Positions 26,682-39,770 of a stretch of DNA of 64,000 nt are shown one piece after another. Numbering within the stretch: the stretch's first letter is position 1; every line of letters begins with the position of its first letter. The stretch is from positions 1,152,001 through 1,216,000 of the forward strand of contig CM000154.2 in NCBI GenBank assembly GCA_000004695.1. The letters are read 5' to 3'. Source of the DNA: Dictyostelium discoideum. Taxonomy: Eukaryota. A program made the position numbers and the translations under genes. The notes under the pieces were generated by a model, which made no database searches, had not been told where the DNA came from, and saw only the letters and a program-made list of their open reading frames with translations.

Positions 26682-27033
26682 TTAAATATTTGGAGTATAT
26701 CCTAATAAAATACCAGTGTTAGCACCTTTACCAAGGCCATCAACAGTACCAGTGAGGGCACCAGCGACAAGACCAGTAATTGATGTTACAGTACCACTAA
26801 TGAATGCTACAACTGGTAAAAGTGGATTGAAAAATGAAATGATTGATGATGATGAATTACTTCCAAAACCAGCACCACAACTAGATCCGTTAAATGAAGA
26901 TTTTGAACCACCCATTTTCATTGATCCAATTTGAGAGATTGATCCTTTATTATATAAATATAAAAATTATTAACATATGTTTATATATACATTTTTTTAG
27001 AAATTAAAAAATTTAATTACCTAAGATTGTCAT
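26682..27033 (-). CDS. hssA/2C/7E-family-like small Gly/Ser-rich protein; 2 exons join(27021..27033,26682..26954)
   Basis: Exon 1 ATGACAATCTTAG with donor |GTAATT; acceptor (A)AG|GATCAATC. Product MTILGSISQIGSMKMGGSKSSFNGSSCGAGFGSNSSSSIISFFNPLLPVVAFISGTVTSITGLVAGALTGTVDGLGKGANTGILLGYTPNI. 'MTILxSISxIG...' is the canonical hssA-family N-terminus. The plus-strand ORF 26716..26934 is its antisense shadow. Confidence 0.55.
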
Positions 27034-27283
27034 TTTTAGTTTTAGATAATAGTTGTTTAGTAAAATAAAAAAATAATAATAGATTATTAATAAATTAATT
27101 GATTTATAATTGTTTTTAATTTGATATCTTTTTTTTTTTTTAATTGAAACTATTTATACTAAAATTTTTCATTTTAAAAAATTAATTTTGATCATTTAAT
27201 TGCAGAATAATATTTAACCATTCACATTTTTTAAAATAAACACTAGTGTTAATTATTTTGTAGTTGGGGGTATTAAAGTTATT

Positions 27284-27335
<52 letters not shown>

Positions 27336-28045
27336 CATTAAAATTAAAAAAGAGAAAATAATTGATATTTTTTATTATTAATCTTTTTAATTTTATTTAT
27401 TAACATACCATTATTTCATTCTTTAAAATTGTAATACATTCACACTATGAAATATATAATCTTAAAAAAAAAAAAAAAAAAAAAATGAAAAATATATGAA
27501 AAAATAATTGGAAAAAACATCAATTAATTAAAAAGTAATTTATTAGATCTTAAAAAAAAAAGATATTATTATTATTTTTGAAATTAAAAACAATTCTTTT
27601 TTTTTTTTTTTTTTTAATGGTTTGCTGGTGGTTACAATGAACAAAGTATTATTTTGGTAAGTTTTTTGGAATGTATTTTTTAAGAAAAAAAAAAAAAATT
27701 GATCAGATATTAAATTCTGATAATTATTTAATTTTTCATTTTCATTAAAAAACAATTTTTCTTTAATCATTTATTAATTTATTTCATTTTCATAAAGAAC
27801 ACTAATTATGGATAAATGGTTGAAATTTAAGATATTATGAATGTGTAAAAGAATTAATTAAAATTAATTTTGCATATTTTTTCAGTTTTTGAAGAAAATA
27901 CAATTTGGAATTAACCATAATTATTTTATTATTTTAACAAGTCAATAAATAATAATAATAATAATAAAAAAAAAAATAATGTTTTATTTACAATCATAGG
28001 TGTTATGTATCTTTATTTTTTTTTTTTTTTTTTTTACTTTTTTTA

Positions 28046-29176
28046 TTAACCAAAGAACATAGAAGCAGCAACATCAACATTGCCTTTAGCTTGAGTTAAA
28101 AGTCTAATTGCCTTATCTCTTGAACAACCAAGTCCAATAAGGGTTTGGATATTGGATTCAGAAGCATATTGATTTGTAGTTGGTTGTGGTGTTGGTTGCG
28201 GTGTCTTTGCAACTGGTGGTGAATTAATTGGAGGTCTAGTGTTGTTGTTGTTGTTATTATTATTATTATTATTATTTACAGGAGAAGTGGCATTAGTTGG
28301 AGTTTGGGGTGAAGTAGTGGTAGTGGTAGTGGTAGTGGTTGAAGTTGTTGAAGGTGAAAGACTATTAGCAGTTGCTTTTTTAGTATCTTCTTCTAAATCA
28401 TTTTGTTCTTTATTTAAAATCTCCTTTAAATCTTTTTCATGAAGGAATTCAATCTTTTCATTTGCAATTTGTAATACACCTCTATTTAAATCCAAAATGA
28501 CTTGATGACGCTTTAACATATCCAAACCAAGGATGAAGTCAACATCTTGATTTTGAAGGATAGATAATGATACAGAGAATAAAGAGTTGCCAAGTTTTAA
28601 GTCTGTACTATGAACTCTACCTATAATTTTTGATGTACCCACACCTTTAGCAATACCATGAAATCTAGTATCAATAATTCTTGAAATTTCGCATCTTTCG
28701 GCACACTAAAAAAAAAAAAAAAAATGTTAGTAAATTTCATTATTATTATATATTTATTTATTGATTGATTGATTGATTCTAGTTATTAAATTAATTTACT
28801 TTTTCAGACATAATAGATTGTTGGGCACCTGTATCTACAAAAGCTTTTAATGGATGTCCATTAATTGAACATTCAATATATAACATATAAACTGAGGCAA
28901 ATACTTCAGGTGTATGTTCCATAGCATGTTGCATATTTTTTTCAATATTTTGTTGTTGAATATGTTGATAAGCTAATTTTTGATACTCTTCACCATATGG
29001 ATCTTTTAATGCCAATTCTTGAATACGACGTTGTTCTTTGATTTGTTCTACAAAGTGAGTAAGGAATTTCATATCTTTACTTAAGATTGCATTTGCTAAT
29101 GCTGGATTTGACTAAAAAGAGATAATAAAAAAAGTTAGTATATCAAAAAAAAAAAAAAATGAAAAAATAGTATACA

Positions 29177-29261
<85 letters not shown>

Positions 29262-29561
29262 TAGTTAATTAAATTTACATTTATAACTTGAGTTAAGTCT
29301 TCAGGATTGTTTGTAAAGTGGTCTAAAATATCTTGTGGTGAATTGAGAGGATCTCTTTGTGGTTGACGTTGTTGTTGTGGTTGTTGTGGTTGTTGTGGTT
29401 GTTGGGGTTGTTGTGATCTTTGTTGTGGTGCTCTTAAAACATTTTTTGTTATCAATAAGAAATCACCACCTTTAATTGAATAGTCTGATAATTTCTTTTC
29501 ATTATCTAATACTTTTCCATCAAGTGTTAAAACTTGATTGTTCACTAAAATTGTGGTCTGT

Positions 29562-29598
<37 letters not shown>

Positions 29599-29767
29599 AA
29601 TAAAAATAATAATAATTAAAAATTATTAAATAAAGATGATCATCTGTAAAGGGTGAAGGACATACTTCAAATTCTACTCTACGTTTTAGATCTTCAACTG
29701 TTTGATCTGGTTGTAAATTTACTTGAATGAAATTTTCATTTTCAATTGATATTGTTATTTCTGCCAT
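28046..29767 (-). CDS. ddi1: DNA-damage-inducible protein 1 (Ddi1) ortholog: N-terminal ubiquitin-like domain, retroviral-type aspartyl protease, C-terminal UBA; 4 exons join(29666..29767,29279..29557,28800..29111,28046..28705)
   Basis: UBL '[34 protein letters not shown]|[38 protein letters not shown]'. Protease '[16 protein letters not shown]|[32 protein letters not shown]...[10 protein letters not shown]' with D[ST]GA active site. UBA '[34 protein letters not shown]'. All junctions GT..AG and frame-checked; intron 2 carries (ATT)n. Confidence 0.75.
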
Positions 29768-30369
29768 TAATATGAATACTTTGGGTGTGTGGATAGATAG
29801 ATAAATATTATTTATGTGTTAGTGTGTTTAAAAAAATAAAAAAAAAAAATAAAAAAAAAAAAAAAAATATTGAAAAAAAAAGAATTAAAATAAATAAAAT
29901 TAAAAAAACTCCAAAATAATAAAAAAAAAAAAAAAAATTAAAATAAATAAAATTAATTAAAAAAACTCCAAAATAATAAAAAAATAAAAAAAAATTAAAA
30001 ATTAAATTAAAAAATTTGGTGATCAGAATAATTTCCTTGAAAATATTAAAAAAATAAGAACTAAATGAAAAATCATAGAAAATTCTACCTTTTTTATAAA
30101 ATTTGTTTTTTTTTTTTTTTTTTTTTACGGTAATACAATCCATTTTTTTTAAATTGGTTTCCTTAAAAAATAAAAAAAAAATAATTTTAAAATTATTGAA
30201 GTTCATATTTTTAGTTATAATTTAATTAAATATTTTTTTTACAACTTTTTCCTCCCTCTTTTTTTAAATTTTTTTTATTTTTTTTTATTTATTTTTTTTT
30301 TTTTGTTTTTTTGTGTTGTTTATTTTTTATTTTATTATTTTTTTTTTATTATTTTTCCCCCTCCTCACA

Positions 30370-30771
30370 ATGAACAACAACAACTTTAACGAAAATTTAA
30401 TATATACAAATAAACAGAATCATAATTTCAATATAAATAACTCACCATTCAATAACAATTACAATTTTCCAATTTTTCCAACTTTTGAAAATTTCAATAC
30501 CAACGAATATACAAAACACCAATCAATTTCAAAATGTAGTCAAACCAATAATGATAATCAATTTCAAAATAATAATCTAGGTATTTTAGAATTTCAAAAT
30601 CAACACCCAAATCATGAATTAACATTCCATGCATTAAATGATCAACTTACTTTTGGTAATGAGATTTCATGTCCCAATCAATCTATATTTAAAGATAATT
30701 CCAGTTTTTCAAGCGATTCATCAACTCATTTTAATATTTTAAATTGCTCAAATGATTTTATTCAGCATAAA

Positions 30772-30838
<67 letters not shown>

Positions 30839-31668
30839 GTAATTGTTATGAAAAAATTGAAATTTATGATGGAATAGGTTGTAGTTTTAGTGATACAAAT
30901 TCAATTTCAAGTATTTTAAATGAAAATGCTGAATTTAATTATGACAAAGTAATAGATACAAATTATGATAATATTTTAAAAATAAACAATAATTATAAAA
31001 ATAATAAAGAAATTAATGATACAGAAGTAAATAATAATAATAGTATTAACATAACCAATTATAATAATTTAAATAACAATAGTAATGAAATCGAAATTCC
31101 AAATCTAATTTTATTGAATAGCATTGATATAATTCAACAGGCTTCATATAATAATAATTATAATAATAATAATAACAATAATATGATTTCAAATAATTTT
31201 ATCAATTTCAATAATAATGAAAATTTTATTAATTCAACTCAATCAATTGATTTACCAAACATAATTATGAAATCAAATTTTGGATATGTTAAAAAAAATA
31301 ATTTTCGTAAAAGAGTAACAAAAGATTTTACAAAAGATATTTTTATAAAAACAAAACCAAGTGGAAAATGTAATTGTTTATCATTAAATAACAAATTACA
31401 AAAATGTGGTGGTTGTGGATGTGGTTGTAGAAAATCTGGAAATAAATGTAATGGTCGTTGTAGTTGTAATGGTAGTTGTTCAAATGGTATTGAAAATGAT
31501 TTAATATTCTTCAAAGTTTGGAGATTAAAACCAATTAATTCATTAATATTTTTATTTGTTAAACAAAATAATAAAAATAATAATAATAAAAATAATAATA
31601 ATTTAATTCAAGACGATATTTCAATAGGCAGTCCAACAATCAATAATGAATTCAAACCATGGAAATGA
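30370..31668 (+). CDS. Asn-rich protein with C-terminal Cys cluster (CXC/tesmin-like half-motif); function unknown
   Basis: ATG at 30370; the ORF-track start at 30313 is upstream poly-F. C-terminal 'CNCLSLNNKLQKCGGCGCGCRKSGNKCNGRCSCNGSCSNG' fits C-x6-C-x3-C-x-C-x3-C of CXC domains. The last ~50 codons are low complexity and could hide an intron (possible G|GTATTG donor near 31487). Confidence 0.4.
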
Positions 31669-31801
31669 TCAAAAATAATAATAAAATAAAAAAATAAAAA
31701 AATAAAAAAAAAATAAAAAGAATTTTTTTATTATTTTTACAAATTTATTTATTTATTTAATAATATATTATTTTATTTTATTACCAATTTATTTATTTAT
31801 T

Positions 31802-31829
31802 TTAATGAGAATTTAATTGATAATTATTA

Positions 31830-31864
<35 letters not shown>

Positions 31865-34027
31865 TGTATTTAATTTTTGAGATTTTCTTTTATTTGTTCT
31901 ATAGATTGATTTATAATTTTCATAGTATCTTAAATGATAAATGATAGCTTCTCTAACTTTGAAATCAACATGAGCCGTTGAATATTTGAAATAAATTTTG
32001 ATAAGAATTTTTGTAAAGAATAAACCAACAATGGTTGTAATTGGTGAAATGAATGAAGAGATGTCGGTAAAAGTTCTTTTTATTAATTGATAGGTTGTCT
32101 CTATATAAATGTCTGATACTACATTTGAACTGTACCAAATGTAGATATAAGATATACCTGTAAAAGCATTTGGAATTGAAATTGTTGGTAAAGGTACAGA
32201 GGTTACTGATGGTTCATAGGTTGTTATATTGGTACCATCAGCTTGGTGAAATACAGATTTAGTTAATTCTATTGATATATTTGAATTTGGTCTAACAGAA
32301 TAAGCTATATCATTTATATAAAGTGTTGCATATGTTAAATCTGGTGAATGGTATTGTGTATTATAATAAGAGATTGTGTAAAGTACAAGAGAATAATTTT
32401 GATTTTTTCCAACTAATATAGATCCACCTTCTGAATTGTATGATATAGTTGGGAATCCTTCAATCGATGTTGTATTGCTTGGATAATTTAAAGTTTTATC
32501 ACAAGTTGGTGTTTTAAAATCAACATAAGAACCATTTAAAAAACTTGTACATTCCAAGAATTCTTGATTTGGTAATGTTTCTTCCCATCTTAATAAATAT
32601 GTTTCTGTTGAATTTCTAACTGATTGAATTGTAAAATTAAATGATGGAAGCTTAAATAAATAATTAATAAATTAAAAATTATATATTAGTATTTTAATTA
32701 TTTGTTTTTTTTTTTCCTAATTTTAAAATTTTAAAATAATAATAATAATAATAATAATTACTTCTAAATAATCAATATCATTATATGAAGTTGTAGCTAA
32801 TCTATTTTTTAAATCTTTTGTAGCAATAAATATACCAATAACAACTAAAATTAAAGCTGATACTATAATTTGAAAAAGTGAAAATCTAGATAATGAAATA
32901 CTATATTTATCTTGTGGAGGTATACCTTCTAAAAGTCTTTTATATTTACTTTCTGAACCCATTGTTTCTTGTTCATTTTTAATTGTTTTTTCATTTTTAT
33001 TTAATAATCTATCGAGGTCACCTTGATCTATAATTGATTTTTCAAGTTTTGTTAATTTTTCTTTTGTAAGACAAGGTTTATCATTTTCTAAAACATAAAA
33101 ATTAAAATGATATAAAACTGCATCTCTAACTGAATTTTCAAACCATGATGTTCTTTTTTTAAATAAAAACTTTTTTGAATAAAATGAGAAAACTAAAGAG
33201 AGAAATACTAGAGTCAATTTACCAATTGAGAATGTATTGATTAAAATTCTAATGAGTAATTGTGGACCAGTCTCTAATGTATAACGTGGTACAATATTGG
33301 ATTGATAAATGATTGAAAGTGAAATTGAGCTACAATTATTTCTCAATTCCAATGTATTACTATATTCTTGACAAACTTTATCATCCAATAATGATGTCAC
33401 CAAATTTGGTATATATCTAAGAGTTTCAACACCTTGATCTATAATCATTTCAGTTTTGAATAAAAGTTCAGCTTTCATTGGACCAACCAAACTATATGCA
33501 TAATCACCAAATCTAAAAACAAATCCTGTACCTTGTGTACTATTATTTAAAATACTTTGGATATTTAAATTTATGTAGGTTTGTTGAAAGGTTAAATTGA
33601 ATGGTTCGACATCTATTCTTTGGTGATAATAAATTGAAGAATTTAAATTTTTATTCTCCTCATTTTCTAAGTTTGGGCAAAGGTATTGACGTTCTGATTG
33701 AGAATAATAACAAGATTCAACCTTGTCATAATCCAATTCATTATAATCTGTTTCCATGGTTAGATTATTCAATGAAAAATAATCCATATTTGAAAAACGT
33801 AGAAATACTGTAAATGATGGTACTTGTACAATATCTCTAATTTCATTGTTTACAAATACTTGTTGGTTTAGAATATCATAAACCAACACTACAAAAAATA
33901 TAATCCATCCAATCGTACCCAAAACACAAAATTGGAATAATAAATGTTTGGTTTTTTGTAAAGAAATACTATCAAAATTTCGAGGTGAATTAAATATTCT
34001 TTCATATAATCTATTTAATTTTCCCAT
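31802..34027 (-). CDS. Two-TM membrane protein of an undescribed family, containing two tandem copies of a [cytoplasmic N-term, TM1, ectodomain, TM2, VR(D/E)A(V/I)(L/I)YH] module; 2 exons join(32762..34027,31802..32650)
   Basis: Module 1: MGKLNRLYERIF...GTIGWIIFFVVLVYDIL (TM)...KLTLVFLSLVFSFYSKKF (TM)...VRDAVLYH. Module 2 begins at an internal MGSESKYKRLLEGIPPQDKYSISLSRFSLFQIIVSALILVVIGIFIA (TM) ... ISPITTIVGLFFTKILIKIYF (TM) ...VREAIIYH, then an N-rich tail. Intron: donor GAA|GTAATT at 32761, acceptor (T)AAG|CTTCC at 32651. Joins ORFs 32723..34027 and 31802..32557 in frame. Confidence 0.5.
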
Positions 34028-34483
34028 TTTTTGAATTTGATCAAAATAAAAATCTTTTCACAAATGAAAAAAAAAAATTAAAAAAAAAAAATTAAAAATT
34101 AAAAATTAAAATATTCCAAACCAAATCTAAAATATAAGGGGGTCAAATAGAAAATAAAAAAATGAAAGAAAAAAAAAAAAAAGGCGCACAAAATTACTTT
34201 TCAATTTAATGCTGAAATTTTTACATCAAACACCCTTACTAAAATAATTTTATTTTTTTTTATTTTTTTTTTTTTGTTTTTTTTTATTTTTTTTTTTTTT
34301 TTACATTTTTAACAGGTTGGAATGAAAATATCTTGGGCTTATTATTTTAAAAAAAAAATTTTAAGAATTTATGACCTTTTTATTTATTTTTTAAAATATC
34401 CTTGATTATTTTTGTTTTTTTTATTTTATTTTTTTTTATATTTCAATATTTCTTTTTTTAAAAGATATGATTTAAATTTAATT

Positions 34484-35724
34484 ATGCAACAAAATTTCTA
34501 TAGTAATTATACTAATAACAATTATTATAATAATTTTAATAATAATTATAATATAAGGAATAACCATTATTTAAATACAAATGATCATTCTAATAAACCA
34601 CCAATGCCAGAATTTAAAAAAAAATATATTCCAACATTTTTAAATAAATTAATTGGTTTACCACCATCTCATGATCCAGTTAGTTTATTAAAATTTAAAT
34701 TAAAAGTTTTAAAGATTTTAGTAATATGTTTTGGTTTTGTTGCTATGACCACTTCCCTTTCAATTATTAATTTTGAATCAAGATCAACATCATTCAAACT
34801 TGAACACCAAAATCAAACATATGTACCATCAGTTTACTTATTTTTTGAAGTTCCAAACTATAAAGACATATTCGGATTTGAATTTTTAAGGGAAAACGTT
34901 GCAACAGGAGCATATGATGAAATGGTTGTTCAAGGATTAAACTTAAATGATACAGAAGGTTTTACAAAATCTGGTGTATTTCAAAATTGTGTAGATACAC
35001 CAGATTTCAAAGATGGTTTCGTTATTTTAGATATTTTAGATGGTTGTTTATATTTATATGAAAATGAACAATTACTTGTAAGTATTTTTTTTTTTTTTTC
35101 CCAATCAAAATTAAAATTAAAATTAATATTAATATATTTTTTTTAAAAAAAAAAAAAAAAAAATAAAAATAAAAGATAAATATTTATAAATATTCAACAA
35201 ATGATATAGATCCTTGGTTTATTTCTATATATATTGATGATCAACCATTCTATTTAGACAGTACTGTTCAAATGTCAACCTCATTAACTAAATCAATTGT
35301 AACCAGCCAAAATGGTGACACAACTGAAAAATATAAATTATCAAGAGCAATGAGTTACCCCCAGAAAAATGTAACAGTAGGTGATTTAGTCTGTGATATA
35401 TATTCCTATGGCATTTTTTTTTCAAGTCACTTTGTGTTGCAAGAAAAAACTCAAACAAACTTTTTAGTAATAATTTCAATTCTTTCTAATATTGGTTCAT
35501 ATATTTCATATTTATTTATTGGTTCAGAAGTTATCTTTACTATGATAACAAAGTTTCTTATTAGAGACAAATCTGCATGGGTGGATGATGATGTAAGAGA
35601 ATGTATAATTTATCATTCAAATCAAATTAATACTGATAATTTATTAAGTGAAAATGAAAATAAAAATGATGATGATGGTGATGATGATGATGACAACATC
35701 AATGGTAATAATAATAATAATAAC

Positions 35725-35796
<72 letters not shown>

Positions 35797-36021
35797 GATG
35801 GTAATGATACTGATGGTAATGGAAATAATGAAGAAAGTGTAGAACAAAATCAAGGAATAAATGATGACCAAATAGAATTAGAGGGTGATAATGAAGATGG
35901 AGATGAAGATGAAGACAATCCAATAAACCCATTAATTATGAAGGATCAACTGGAAGAAGAAGATGAAAGAGATGAAGAAAGAAATAATTACTTTATTTTA
36001 AAAGATAGATCAATAAAATGA
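34484..36021 (+). CDS. Paralogue of the preceding gene (single module: TM1, ectodomain, TM2, 'VRECIIYH', acidic/N-rich tail), divergently transcribed; 2 exons join(34484..35077,35176..36021)
   Basis: TM1 'VLKILVICFGFVAMTTSLSII', TM2 'FLVIISILSNIGSYISYLFIGSEVIFTMI', then 'DKSAWVDDDVRECIIYH'. The ectodomain is homologous to its neighbour (ISIYIDDQPFYLDSTVQMSTSLTKSI vs ATLYINDIAYSVRPNSNISIELTKSV). Donor CTT|GTAAGT at 35078; acceptor (A)AG at 35174-75 restores the frame of ORF 35272..36021. Confidence 0.5.
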
Positions 36022-36180
36022 TCAAAATAAATATAAAATTTTTATTGTCCAAAATTAATGGATGATAAGAGAAGAAGACGAATCAGTTTTACAAGCTGTA
36101 CGAAATTAATCGATAATATAAGTTAAATAAACTATGTTTTTTTTTTTTTATTGTTAATTATTTAAAAATATAAACTTTAT

Positions 36181-36309
36181 TTAATTTTTATTTTTATTTC
36201 TTAAAGCAAGAAACATATCAAACTCATCGATAGAGGTTTCATCAATAACTGCTTTGTTGTTATTGTTATTATTTATAATATTACCAGAATTATTTAAGGG
36301 AGGTAATGG

Positions 36310-36369
<60 letters not shown>

Positions 36370-37898
36370 TAAAAATGTTCCAGGGTTACTTGAAGACATA
36401 TGATACATTGAAGGGGTTGGTGGACCAAAATCATTGAATGCCGATGATTGTGATAATGGTGATTGATCGAAAAAGTTTGAAGAGTGATAAGATGCTTGTG
36501 GAATCATACCAGAGCTATTTATTAATGGTGGTAATATTGATGATGTTGATGAAAAACTACTACAATTACTATTATTAATATTGTTGTTATTATTATTATT
36601 TAAATTATTACTTGTACTTGAAACTGACGGTATTTTATTTGAACCAGAAATTGATGAAGGTTGTTGAGCTGAAACAAATTGTGAAAAGAAAACCTCACCA
36701 GATTGAGCTATGCCATTGTTATTGTTACTAATTTGAGGTGTTGAAGTTGGTTCACCAAGTGGCCATCCATCTGTAAAAAATTTATTTCCATTATCAACTT
36801 GACTACCACCTCCACCTATTGGTAATGGTGATGTTGTAATATGAGTTTCCAAAGGATTATTTGAGAAGAAGTCACTACCACTATTTTTAGTTTGATTATT
36901 ATTATTTACAATTGAAGTTGTGTCACTTCCGTTAATGTTGTTGTTGTTATTGATGATGTTATTAGTGTTATTAATAGATTGAGGAGCAGGTGATGAACCA
37001 CTAACATTAATTGCAGAAGAAACACTACCAATAGTTGAAGAAAGTGGTGGTAATGGATTAAAATCATCAGCACCATTACTTGTATTTATTGGTGTTGAAA
37101 TCTGTTCCTCTTGAATTGATTTAACAATTAATGGTTTTGGTAAAGATGAGGAATGTTTTAAGCTTGTACCCAATACCTCCATAACTTTTGAAGAAGTTAC
37201 TTGCGGGAATTCACAATGATTAGTTGTATCATTACTATTTTGATTTGGATCGAATGATGAACCCAATAGAGATGGAGTTCTAACCACTGGATTAACTGTT
37301 GAATATGATCTTTGGTGTCCTCTATGAGAAAGCTTTAAACTCAAAACTGGATTTGGTGAATCTGGTGGTGGCATTAAAACTTTACCACAATTATTAAAAC
37401 CAATATTATTGTTTGTATTAACACCACCACTACTACCACCACCACTACTACCACTACTACCACCACCACCACCACCACCACTGTTATTTAAAGATCCACC
37501 AGAATTATTTAGACCAGATTTTTTAGAAATTGATAATGGAATTGAAAATTGTGATGGGGTTTCAGGTATTTTAAATAGGTTTTTATCGACAGAAGCACAC
37601 CTTTTAAATTCTTCAAACTCTAAATTTGTTGGTGTAAAATTTGAACCATTCATTGTAATAATTGGTGGTGGTGATGAATTACTATCCTTTCTTGGTGGTA
37701 AATTACCTAAATTAGAAACAGACTGACTAACCAATTGTTTATGTGGTAATGTTGGTGATTGTGGAAATAAAAACTCATGAATATCCTCAACCATCAAGTG
37801 ATGTTTATCATCAGGTGAAAACTTTTGATGTAATAATTCCCAAGGTATTGATTTCATTGGTATAAATATTCTTAATGGTCTGCTTGTTAATTTACCAC

Positions 37899-37983
<85 letters not shown>

Positions 37984-39739
37984 TATACTTGTTAAACCTA
38001 CTGTTGATGATGATCTGCTTTTTGTAATTAATCCATTTAATACTAATGATGGTAATTTTGATAATGATTCACTTTGATTTGATAGAATTTGTTTTCTATC
38101 AACACTTGCGCTACTATTAAAACTATTATTATTGTTTATATTATTGTTTATATTATTGTTATTACTATTATTATTATTATTATTATTATTTGCAATATTA
38201 TTATTAATATTATTATTGTTGTTTATATTGTTGTTATTACTAACATTATTGTTGTTATTGTTATTACTAACATTATTGTTGTTGTTGTTGTTGTTATTGT
38301 TATTGTTATTGTTATTGTTATTGTTGTTATTGTTATTGTTGTTATTGTTATTGTTGTTGTTGTTATTATTGTTTATATTATTATTATTATTATTGTTATT
38401 ATTCGCATTACTACCACTGACAGGTAAATTATTTAAATTACTATATCCACTATTATTATAATGACTATTAATGATATGATTAAGTGGGATTATACTATTT
38501 GCAATATCTGATAATGATTTATGATGTGATACAGATGATTTTAAAGGGGATGGTTTTAGTGATGAATCGCCACCACTATTACCACCATGAGATGGACTAC
38601 CCATTGTAAATGATGTTGATGTACTCTTTGTAATTGATGCTCCAGCATTCAATATTCCATTTGCTAATGATGCTAAATTTGATCTCTGTGCGCTTAATGT
38701 TGCTGTAATTAAATTTGAATGTGATGATGTTGGAATTGGTTGAGTTTGTTGTTGCTGCTGTTGTTGTTTTAAATCTGCGATTGTAACTGTTTTCGACCTA
38801 CCTACATTTGATAATGGTGGACTATTACCATTGTTGCTGTTGTTGTTATTTCCATTTCCACCTAAATTGTTGCTGCTACTAACTAAACCAGAAGCTGTAT
38901 TAAATCCATTAGTATTTCCTCTATTTAAACTGCTACTATTAATATTATTACTACTATTATTACTACTATTATTATTATTTATTACCTGACCACGACTGTT
39001 ATTAGTTACAGTACTTGAAGTTACTGATACCGAAGCAAGTGGAGGTCCGTTATTACTGCTATTACTATTATTATTATTATTATTATTACTGCTACCATTA
39101 CTATTACTACTACTACTATTTATACCATTTATTAAAGAAGCCAAGAAAGATCTATCCACACTACCATTGAATCTACCATTAAGTGGGTTTGAAGCTGGTG
39201 ATTTCATAACAGAGAGAGATTGTTGAGGTTGTAATTGTTTTTGTTGTTGTTGTACTTGTTTAGCTAATTTCTCTTTTTCCTTTTCTTTTTCTTTTTCTTT
39301 TTCTTTATTTCTAAGGGTATTATTAATTGAAGCTGTAACAGGATGTTTTAAATCATAAATTACTGCTTCTTTTTCAAAAATACCTGGGGGTGTAACACCT
39401 TTAAAATAATACTCTTCTCTCTCTGCTATGAATCTTTCAAACATTTGTGATGAACAAAATACATTAAAGAACTAAAATTAAAATTAAAAAAAAAAAAAAA
39501 AAAAAAAAATTACAAATTAGTATTTTTCTGTTTTTTTTACTTTTTTTTTTTTTCAATTATTAACTTACCTTTGTTGGAGTTATAAGTTGAGAATCAATGA
39601 AAGAAATTTTATCAAAAATCATTTTCTTTTTATCCATATCCTTTAAAAAGAACCTTCTATATGTACCCAATACTGTTACAAAAAATTTTCTAAATGTTTC
39701 AACTATTATTTTATTATCATAATGTTTATTTTCTAATTG

Positions 39740-39770
<31 letters not shown>

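Noticed and set aside
26716-26934. 72-aa plus-strand ORF MLAPLPRPSTVPVRAPATRPV...
   Set aside because: Exact antisense of the hssA-like exon 2. Its Pro/Ala/Thr/Val-rich composition is the complement of Gly/Ser/Thr codons.
35644-35932. ORFs 35644..35871(-), 35648..35842(+), 35699..35932(-) of poly-I / poly-Y
   Set aside because: Alternative-frame and antisense readings of the (AAT)n tract in the N-rich tail of the 34484..36021 gene.
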